Assembly: GCA_051294375.1 (NCBI GenBank) | Contig: CM119263.1 | Location: forward strand, 1,352,510-1,416,509 | Source of the DNA: Paraspadella gotoi | Lineage: Eukaryota; Animalia; Chaetognatha | DNA: 64,000 bases | Reading direction: 5' to 3' | Part shown: positions 13,176 to 21,642 of the stretch, one piece after another | Numbering within the stretch: the stretch's first letter is position 1 | Layout of the letters: every line of letters begins with the position of its first letter | Translations under genes and position numbers: made by a program | The notes under the pieces: model-generated | The model's input: the letters and a program-made list of their open reading frames with translations, nothing else | Told to the model about the DNA's origin: nothing | Database searches by the model: none

Positions 13176-15116
13176 AATGAATCTTCTAGATCATTCCAGC
13201 GCCTTCTTCAAATCTCTCCCTCTTTTTTCTTCTGACGTCTTTGTTTTAAGTTCATTGAATAATTTATACTCTGCATCATGTAAGAAAATGTTTTAAAAAG
13301 AATATTTTTTTTGAACTTATTAGTATCATAATTCTTTTATCATAATTTTCAGCCCACAACGAACGTCCACAAACAGCTGGGGACACACCACCACCCGAAC
13401 CTCGCGCCGACGTCGTCTTCGGCGTCGATGTACCCAGGATTTCCCGCAGATGCTTCCCTATCAACAGAGTCGCGGGCGTCTGAAGCCGCTCGCCACGGCG
13501 GAGCTTCTTTCCCGGGCGCCGGACGTTCGGGCGTCGCCGATATTCACTCCTTAAAGAATCAGAGCCATGCCTCTCGGACCCTCCCCCCTCATTCGAGTCA
13601 CCTTTCAATGAACGTCCACCATGGCGTCAATCACTCTAATCCGTCAATACATGGGACCAATCCTCATCACAACAACGCGCGCCACCACGCCTCGCCGAAC
13701 CCCGAGCCTGCCCATCAGAACCACGGCCGCCACGCGACGCCGCACGCCAATTCTCGATCAACATCTGGGGCGCCGGCCGCCAATGCAATGGCACCGAACT
13801 CGACGCAGCGAAACAACACTTCGACGCCGTTCGCCACTCCCGTTCCGCCACCGACGTCCGCCTACGGAGGGAGAACCGCGGCGCCGCACATGCAGCTGCC
13901 TTCGAGCGGCGTGCCACTGCCTCAGTCGGGAAGCGGAAGCGGCGCCGTTCAGCCGCATTCGGGACGATCATCCAAGACGGAGCATCACTCGAAGAAGGAA
14001 GCGAGAGAGTCACAGCATCGGGCACGGACGTCCGTGACGCCCACCAACAACAACAACAGCAACAGCAGCAACAACAACCATCCATCGCACTCTAATCCTC
14101 CTTCTCAAATATCGAGCAGTCATGGCGCCGCATCGGTCGCCACCACCGGCGCCGGTTCGGCTCCGTCGTCCAAATCTAAATCCAAATCGAAGTCGAGTCG
14201 ATCGTCGAAGGGCGCTGCAGCCGCCGCGGCTGCTGCTGCAGCCGCCGCCGCCGCTGGGACCGTCGCTCCCGAGGTCGACGTTAATCTTGGTCACTCTATT
14301 TTCGAGTCCTCGAACAACCACTACTTTCCCAACCCCATGACCGGCGCCCTCTCGCCCTCGGGTCGTAACCTCCCAACTCCTCACGATGCCGTCCATTTTA
14401 ACAACTTTTACCCTAATCACAGTTCGACTCGCCCGCCTCCGCAGAATCCCAAATCCACGGTTTCCTTGCCCGACCATCTCTCTAGTCCTTTCAACCCTCA
14501 GGCGCTTTTCCCCGGCGCCCCTAGACCCGCCCACCACCATCAGAACGGCTTGCCCCAGGGTTTTCCCGGCATGCCCCCCGGCATTCATCCGAGTATGCAT
14601 CACCCGGGCGCGATGGGCCACCACCATCATCCTTCAGGCGCTGGGAACCCGCACAACCCCAACGCTCCGGCCCACCACCCTAACTTGTCTCATCTCAATG
14701 CCTTTTCGCAGTTCTTCCCTACCGATCAGACGCCGGATACTCTCTCGCCTATAAAATTCGCCCACGGGGGCGTGCCGCTGCCGCCGCATCACGCCGCCGA
14801 CGCCGCCGGAAATGCCGCTATGTTTTCCGCCGCCGCTGCCCACAACCGCGGTGGGTTCAACCCCAATGCCATGATAAACAGTCTGCTCAATGCGCACAAT
14901 CCGCACCACGCAGCCGCCGCCGCGGGATTCGGCGCCCCGACCGCCGACCACCGGGGACCGCCCAACATGGGTGCGCCGCCCCACATGAACGCACCGGCTC
15001 ATCACGTCAACTTTCCGGCACCGCACGGCGCGCATCATCATCATCCGGCGGCGCCGCCTTTCGCGCATTCCGGCGTCATGCCCTCGATAAATTTTCCAAT
15101 GCACGATACACATTGA
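3634..15116 (+). CDS. Very large bHLH transcription factor, USF3/KIAA2018-like. Exons approx. 3634-4016, 4138-4334, 4668-5523, 5665-7780, 9548-11944, 12229-12948, 13353-15116
   Basis: N-terminal bHLH (KKGESERRRKDHIAALILELGAKLP...LQKVGILGRAIDYIAELERKNDE) followed by >2000 aa of S/P/Q/H-rich low-complexity sequence in long ORFs bounded by GT/AG. The architecture and a YSAENL motif recall USF3; orthology not tested. Confidence 0.65.
8235..8533 (+). mobile_element. Penelope-like element fragment with inverted ends, flanked by a 14-bp duplication
   Basis: TGATAAATTATGCA occurs at 8221-8234 and 8534-8547 but only once in the paralogous host repeat near 53680. 8307-8352 is an inverted copy of ~8480-8525. 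Contains a minimal hammerhead. Confidence 0.6.
8461..8507 (+). ncRNA. Minimal type-I hammerhead ribozyme (Penelope-type)
   Basis: CTGATGA (8466-8472), stem II GGTTC/GAGCC, GAAAC (8492-8496), palindromic ACATGT stem III, GTA cleavage triplet (8499-8501) and a weak stem I GATG/CGTT. Confidence 0.6.
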
Positions 15117-16069
15117 AGTGAAAGGAAGGAAGGATAACATTGGAGGGAATATTTCGCCAATTGTTTGGTGCGCGATAAAAAAAAAAAGGACAAAGTTTTT
15201 TTTGTCGATAACAAAAAAATTATGCCACAAGTGAAAAATAGATAACATTGCCCATTACCCAATACACCTAGAATCATGCTAAAGCACAAACTATAAACTT
15301 GGATTTTTAGGTGGATTTTCATCTTCCATGAATTCACTCATAATCTCACTAAACTGATTCCATCCAAGCTCTGAAATGAGCCGAGTTGTTCTATGATCTA
15401 TTTCATGCTACATATTTGATTTCAGTCAATAACACGGTGAAAAAAATAATGAACAAACGGAATGTGTTTGCCGTTGATGTTTGTTTATAATTTAGTTTTT
15501 GAAATGTTTTTTGTATTATGTGACAGGTGTGATAAAAAATGCAATTGTATTGTTGTCTTATTTTCCTAAATTATGAAAATTATTTGATAACTATGGGATC
15601 TAGGCTTAACTAAAAAAATGGTTAACTGGTGACAGTTACCTCGCAGAGACGTAGTTTATAGCCCTTCAGATTTTTGGGAATTAGTTGATTAGTTGAGAGG
15701 CGAAATATTGTTTATGGCCATTATTTATATTCGCTTCATATTAAAATTATAAAAAAGAAACATAAATTGTGCATGAATCTCTTTCCCTGCACAACTTTGG
15801 TACCCTACCACACTTTCAGTTTTTTTTTTTTTGTTTTTTTTTTCTTAATGAAATATCTAAGAAAGTGATTTATGATTACACAGGCTGATTTTTATATACA
15901 TACACAGGTCGCTTTGCGTCTGATAACGGTTTTTTTTTCTTTTCATTTTTTTCTATCTTCATAATTTTTTGTTTTATTTTGCAGATTAAACATAAACGCA
16001 GCGGGTCGTAAGATCGATCGCTAGTGAACTTTTTATAAATTAAAGAATAAAAAGAGGAAATAGAGAAAA

Positions 16070-17147
16070 ATGTCAGGAATCGCGCTGGGCCGCTTGTCGG
16101 AAGAGAGAAAGGCTTGGAGGAAGGATCATCCCTTTGGATTCGTCGCGAAACCCAAAGTCAACGAAGACGGAACTCTCAACTTAATGCACTGGGAATGCGT
16201 CATTCCAGGTATGAATTAAATTTTGAAGAGACGTCATTTGCACAGGTGAGGTATATTGAGATAAGTTTTTTGTGGAATTTACAAGTGTATTTTTTAAATT
16301 TTTGCCAATATTTCGATTTACATAGACTGCCTTCATCAATGTAAATCGAAATATTGGCAAAAATTTTTAAAAAATGTACTTGTAAATCCCACAAAAAACT
16401 GCCTTATCTCAAGGTATGAATTTATTTTAATGTATTAAGATTATATCGTGATTATATCTTTGTGTGTATGTAATAATAATGAAGCATTTTAATGAATTTG
16501 CATTAACGCTCAGTCACTCCATTTTCGCGTCCTATCCATTATAAAATCTACATCCCAAACAATTGACGAATAAATCCATCGTTCAGGGAAAAAAGGGACC
16601 CTTTGGGAAGGCGGCCACTACAAACTCCGAATGCTCTTCAAAGACGACTTCCCTTCCAGTCCCCCGAAATGTCAATTCAATCCGCCGCTTTTTCACCCCA
16701 ACGTTTATCCTTCGGGTAAGAGATGGCGCTTTTTCTCTCATTTTCTTTCACTACATAACGTTTCCCCCTCTACTTCCTACGATTTTAGGAACCGTTTGTC
16801 TCTCTCTACTTGACGAGGAAAAGGATTGGCGGCCCGCCGTGACCATCAAGCAAATTCTACTGGGGATTCAGGTTAGCGGATTTGTTTCTGCCGTCTCATG
16901 ACTTGTTGGATTGATTTCTTTTCCGAATTATTCTGATGATTTAAATTTTAATCACAGAGTTTTGGAAACTTTTTTTCTGCAAATGCCGATTCTCATTTGC
17001 TCCATTCTCTTCCCCAAGGCGCTCCTCAACGAACCCAACGAGAAAGACCCGGCTCAGGCGGAAGCCTACACCATCTACCGGGAAAACAAGACCGAGTACG
17101 AGCGAAGGGTTCGAGCCGAGGCGGGCAAGCACCCGCCCAACGCGTGA
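16070..17147 (+). CDS. UBE2I: SUMO-conjugating enzyme UBC9. Exons approx. 16070-16208, 16587-16715, 16789-16871, 17019-17147
   Basis: [28 protein letters not shown]...[11 protein letters not shown]|[43 protein letters not shown]|[27 protein letters not shown]|[20 protein letters not shown]...: the UBC9 signature throughout, with the catalytic Cys present. Confidence 0.97.
16256..16412. repeat. ~157-bp near-perfect inverted repeat (MITE-like) in the first coding intron of UBC9
   Basis: The arm ttgagataag...tttttgccaatatttcgatttacat is mirrored by atgtaaatcgaaatattggcaaaaa...cttatctcaa around a ~15-nt spacer. Confidence 0.7.
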
Positions 17148-17864
17148 ATCGCCCCCCTCGCGATCTTTGTCTCTCAATTCTATCTCTCTCTCTTTCCCTC
17201 ACCCCCCCTATTTCGTATCCATCTTTCGCAACTAATAGTGAATTTAAATATTTTGTTTCCCTTTTTTTTGAGTTAGTATTATTATTATTATATTATTATT
17301 ATGATTTCACACAGTTGGTGAAAAAAGTTAATATTCGATGTAATGACATTCCATTCCTTCTTTCGAAGAAGAAATAGTTGCTCGTTTAAAATTCGCTCTT
17401 TGTGTTTCTTGAGGTCTCCCCCGGGACATGTACCAAATTTAGGCTTCTTTTTTATTTTGAAAAAAAAAATTAACAAGGCCCCGAGACTGACAATACTTTT
17501 CGTAATTTGACAACGTCTTACGTTTTCGCTTCTTTTTATAATCCAAATATTCGTGTGTACTATTGTGTACATAATTCGCGATTTGAAATACAGCCGAGTT
17601 GAAAATAATGTATATTTCATGGCTAGTTTAAATTTCAAAATAGGAATCATTTCAGCTTGCTAGATAATGAGTAATACTAATCTATTTCTTTATTTCTCTT
17701 TAGTTTATTTGCTTTAAAAATACATTTCCCATCGACACTGAAACAATCGATGCCACCCCGTATGCTTTTCGTAAATTTTATGGCAATTAGACAATATTCA
17801 ATGACTATAAACAACAATAAATAAGGATTTAAGGATAAGCGACGAAAATCATTTGTAAACCAAA

Positions 17865-19233
17865 TCAATGCTTAAGCATGGACGACGAAAGGAAACTGTA
17901 TTCTCCGTCGTCTCCCTCGCCCGAGTCTTCGGACGGAGCGCTTCGTCCATCGTTGAGCCCCTGATTTCGCCAAAAGTTTGACATCTTGTTCCTAACGTCT
18001 TGGTTCATTTCGTTCCACTCTCTCTGCCACGTTCGTAGCGACGCCACTTCCGGTTCTTTTCTTACCAAAAATCCTCGCCAGTGAGACTGAATGATCGTCG
18101 CCGCCTTCAGTCGAGGGCAACAAGAAATAAGATGGTATTTTTTTTGTCTGGACTCGTAACAAAAAAGTGAATTGAACTCTGATCGAAATTCCGTCCACTT
18201 GCGGGGACTTTCTTATTATTATTTTTACATTTTTTCAAATTTTGAATCGATCAATCTCCGTCAAACACTCGTCAGTCATTTTAGCTGATAAAAAAATAAA
18301 AAGAGCAGGCATCAAAAGGAATCTCTCTCCACCTGCTCGTCGGAAAGAAGGAGCGAAAGCGGAAGAGCTTCTCGCGGATGATCGGCTGAAAATTCTTTGC
18401 AGAACGGAATTTCCAAGACGCTCAATGGTTGAACCTTAATCGGGAAAAAGATATTGTCAAAAGTCTGACCCATCCGACCCACCCAAATAATAAAAAAGTC
18501 ACCATTCGTTGAGGATGTCTCGGGTTGTTGTTAAAGAGCCATTCGGTGAGAAAGTCGCAGGCGTTGAACTTAGTCCGTTTGCGTTGGAAACATCGCTCCC
18601 TCCTTGCCTGAAACAGCATCTCTCTCAGTCCCGGAAGGAGCACAGGAAAGAGTAGTCGTTGCATGTATTCTTTAGATGAGCACTTTGCTGGGTCCTCTGC
18701 TGGGGTGAAAGATAAGTAACGTGACTTTTTGCCTCTAGTTTGCAGATGTTAAACAATTTCGCGAAGAAACTACTTTTTCACAAGGTATCCTAGACTTACC
18801 TTTAAAAAGAGTCGTAGTCTCGATGTCATTTGTTCGCTCCAACTCTTCGTCTATGAAGGCGTGGCCGACCGAAGCCGGATGTCCTTTCGCTGGGTCGAAC
18901 TCGCTCGTCACGTCCACGTCCACATTATTGATCTAAAAAAGTTATTAGTTGATCGTCTCGTTTAGTCCTTGTTTATTTTACTAAGTTTCATTTTCACAAT
19001 GAACTCGCATTCCCCTTGAATGTCTGTTCTTCAAGGTTCCTACAAGTTACCTTCGCGAAAAGTTTTCCGTAAAAGACGGGCGTGACGATCGCTGGGTTAA
19101 AGTCGACAATTTCGGGAGCATCATATTTAGAAAAAGGGGAACTATCTTCTTTCTCTTTTCGACAAATGTCATCCCAAATGCTCGGTTCAGGAAATTTGAC
19201 GAATAATTGCGATGGTTTTGTTTTTTCGCTCAT
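17865..19233 (-). CDS. IQCK: IQ domain-containing protein K (about 5 exons)
   Basis: EYMQRLLFPVLLPGLREMLFQARRERCFQRKRTKFNACDFLTEWLFNNNP...LEIPFCKEF..DHPREALPLSLLLSDEQ|AATIIQSHWRGFLVRKEPEVASLRTWQREW matches the IQCK family pattern; GT-AG junctions present. Confidence 0.85.
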
Positions 19234-19353
19234 TTTCGTTTTAGATGATATTCGAAACCACTGAAAATGTGCCACTACAGACTAATATTTAAGTTCTCAT
19301 CATTTTCGTATTTCCAACTTACAAATTCGCTTGGATCGGAACCAGCGTCGTCA

Positions 19354-19368
19354 GTTTCCATTAGTAAC
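19354..19368. promoter_or_regulatory. RFX X-box candidate upstream of IQCK
   Basis: GTTTCCATTAGTAAC fits RYYNYY(N1-3)RRNRAC and lies ~120 bp upstream of the IQCK ATG. Confidence 0.5.
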
Positions 19369-19961
19369 CGTCAACCTGCTCTTTTGTCCTTTTCTGTCTT
19401 TTTCTGTCTTTTTCTGTTTTATGTCGCGGTAGCACATTTTGTCTGTATGCCTGTTTGAGGTTAATGTGTTTAAGCCGGAAGTGTTAAAATAAGTTTTTGA
19501 AAAGCGTCTCTGATCAGTGATCACCAGTTAGCAGAGTTTTTGCTGTTGTCTCTCCTTTAATTTAAAGTTTATATAAATCGACTTTCCATTGTAATTTTTT
19601 TTATTTCGTGTCTTAAATAATAAAATAAAACAATTACTTTTAAACGCCTTTTATGAGAATCTCATTTTGATTATTTAAAATTAAAAATAAAGTAAACATA
19701 GTACAATTTGTTTTTCATAGGCAAATAAATTTTGAAGTTAACATTGGTAAGTATTTTCTGGTATATAAATATAAACGGGTTATATATAAATGTAAACAAA
19801 CGGTATATAAATATAAACAGGTTAAACTGTGTTGCTTGTGGCAAAATTTTAAATCGAGCAAATAAATGGCAAGATCATCTTTAAAAAGGCAAAACATTTT
19901 TGCGCAGTGAGTTATAATATACTAAGTAGTTTTAAGGTAAAAATAAAGCACAAATTGGGAT

Positions 19962-20213
19962 TCATCTCTGTCTACACTTGACGTAAATTAAGCATGCCAG
20001 TAAAACGAAAACAACAAAAACAGCGACCGACGCTACGACGATAAATCCAGTGGCGGCACCGGCGCCGATGTCGATGTTACGGCAAGTGCGTCCGCTGCAA
20101 TCCGGACCCATGTATTTTTTCAACAGTTCGTCCATATCCTCTTTGATTTTTCGTCTTCTTTCTTCATACGATAAAGTTGAATTTGATTGCGATTCCTGAG
20201 GACATTCGATCAT
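19962..20213 (-). CDS. 83-aa ORF or terminal exon of a single-pass membrane protein, function unknown
   Basis: Charged helical N-part, two Cys, a ~25-aa hydrophobic stretch (GFIVVASVAVFVVFVLLACLIYV) and a basic stop-transfer tail KCRQR. Confidence 0.4.
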   Translation of the reverse strand: MIECPQESQSNSTLSYEERRRKIKEDMDELLKKYMGPDCSGRTCRNIDIGAGAATGFIVVASVAVFVVFVLLACLIYVKCRQR

Positions 20214-20633
20214 TATTATAGATTTAGTAGTAAACCACCAAAGTCAGGGGCAAGATAGCTTATTTATTAAATTGCGGCGACGACAACAACAACGAAAAAT
20301 TTTTATATTGGTTGTACCAATTTTATAAAATTCAGCTCCTTGAATTTTGATGCTGGGTGGAGTACAATATAGTATTCCCCGATCTAATACTTCAGGGAGT
20401 GGTCTTTTCATACAATTGAAACATTCTTTGAAACATTATACCACTTCATTGATAGGGAAGCCAGGTATTCTGGGAGTGAATTAACGAGACTGTGAGAGAG
20501 TCTTGATTGAAAGCTTGCAGGGACCTGCTATGTCATTATCTTGTAAGAGTGATGGAGGCCTTAAACTACCTAAGCCTGTCCAAAGTCAGGGGCAAGATAG
20601 TATGGTGGACTAAAATCCACCAACCGTTCATCA

Positions 20634-20705
20634 GCGGCCATTGGTGCCGGAGGCAAGTCATTCGCCTCCCAACCCAAAGGTCCGGGGTTCTAGCCCGGTG
20701 GTCGT
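20634..20705 (+). ncRNA. tRNA-like (Gly-CCC-related) segment in the 5' LTR; second copy at 21052-21123. Not a functional tRNA
   Basis: 7-bp acceptor-like stem GCGGCCA/TGGTCGT, A-box-like TGGTGCCGGAGG, T-arm CCGGG-GTTCTAG-CCCGG with B-box-like GGTTCTAGCCC, and TCGCCTCCCA as in tRNA-Gly. The anticodon stem pairs poorly. Confidence 0.6.
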
Positions 20706-20708
20706 CTG

Positions 20709-20782
20709 GCAGTTAAGAGGGACGGGGCACTTAACCCGCCTGTAACTCGGTGTTACAGCCTGATCCGAAGCTCAGGGACTGC
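20709..20782 (+). ncRNA. Twister ribozyme, type-P5 permutation (5' LTR copy)
   Basis: P5 GCAGT/ACTGC; GAGG-GA-CGGG; T^AA site at 20732/20733; P2 CCC (A bulged in GAGG); T2 GC; P3 CTGTAAC/GTTACAG; P4 CCTGA/TCAGG; L4 TCCGAAGC (T1 TCCG:CGGG, T2 GC:GC). P1 is nearly absent. Confidence 0.8.
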
Positions 20783-21126
20783 TTATATTGAACGGTTCTG
20801 TCACTAACTCATAACAATAATTACTGTCTCTTCATTGGTGAGCTCGACTTCCGAACACAACACCAGCAACACTTTCAGGCGACATGCCTCAACCTGGCGA
20901 TGCACTTTCCGCCCAAAACACATCAGGCGACATGCCTCAACTTGGTGACGAACTTTCCACCAACAACAACAATTCACTGAAGAGACGCAACAGACTTCTC
21001 CCTACGGGAGGGGGGATGTATGGTGGACTAAAATCCACCAACCGTTCATCAGCGGCCATTGGTGCCGGAGGCAAGTCATTCGCCTCCCAACCCAAAGGTC
21101 CGGGGTTCTAGCCCGGTGGTCGTCTG

Positions 21127-21200
21127 GCAGTTAAGAGGGACGGGGCGCTTAACCCGCCTGTAACTCGGTGTTACAGCCTGATCCGAAGCTCAGGGACTGC
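21127..21200 (+). ncRNA. Twister ribozyme, type-P5 permutation (3' LTR copy)
   Basis: Identical to 20709-20782 except one base in the P1 linker; predicted cleavage at 21150/21151. Confidence 0.8.
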
Positions 21201-21642
21201 TTATATTGAACGGTTCTGTCACTAACTCATAACAATAATTACTGTCTCTTCAATAGCTTATTTATTATATGAATGAATAATTTTTATATTGGTTGTACCA
21301 ATTTCATATAAATTATTAAGTATTCGGGCACAAATAAGCGTTTGTTGTGCGAATTTTTTGTATGTGACCAATACAGAATAAAAGACTGCTATTACGTTCT
21401 GGATTCTACTCTGTTAAATTACCATAATATATAATTTTGTATTTCACTGTTACTAATTTTGAAATTGCCGTTTTTAAGCCAAAGTTTTTCTTTAGGTTTT
21501 AGTCATCTTTTCCAACTTGTTTAAAAGGTAATACTGGATAAAATATGTTTTGGGCAGACTTGAACTGAGTGCTCAGACAAATGGACATCGCCAGACTTGT
21601 CAGACTCGGGCGCCGATCTCCTCACCTCGCAACCACCAAGAC

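Larger units (their letters stand above)
20601..21252 (+). mobile_element. Non-autonomous miniature LTR retrotransposon (TRIM / retrozyme-like), ~650 bp
   Basis: Direct repeats 20601-20834 and 21017-21252 (3' copy TG...CA; one internal mismatch seen, A20729/G21147). PBS-like TGGTGAGCTCGAC at 20836, PPT GGGAGGGGGGA at 21006-21016, 4-bp TSD ATAG (20597-20600 / 21253-21256), and a 182-bp non-coding interior. Confidence 0.9.
20478..21308. repeat. Interspersed repeat interrupted by the LTR element; other copies at ~20235-20330, ~23832-23902 (inverted) and ~47642-47808 (inverted)
   Basis: Shared sequence ...gatggaggccttaaac..agcctgtccaaagtc.gggg.aagATAGcttatttatta...atattggttgtaccaatt, uninterrupted in the other copies. 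Confidence 0.75.

Noticed and set aside
4748-15337. Antisense and alternative-frame ORFs over the bHLH exons
   Set aside because: Expected shadows of GC-rich, low-complexity coding sequence.
20600-20640. CTGATGA on the minus strand of the LTR (possible hammerhead)
   Set aside because: No stem II followed by GAAA; it overlaps the AACCGTTCA long-range stem instead.
20634-20705. Functional tRNA-Gly gene
   Set aside because: Anticodon stem and D arm do not pair properly, and it is embedded in an LTR; kept only as tRNA-like.
20884-21111. 75-aa ORF inside the TRIM
   Set aside because: Built from the internal tandem repeat and runs through the PPT into the LTR; no gag or pol motifs.
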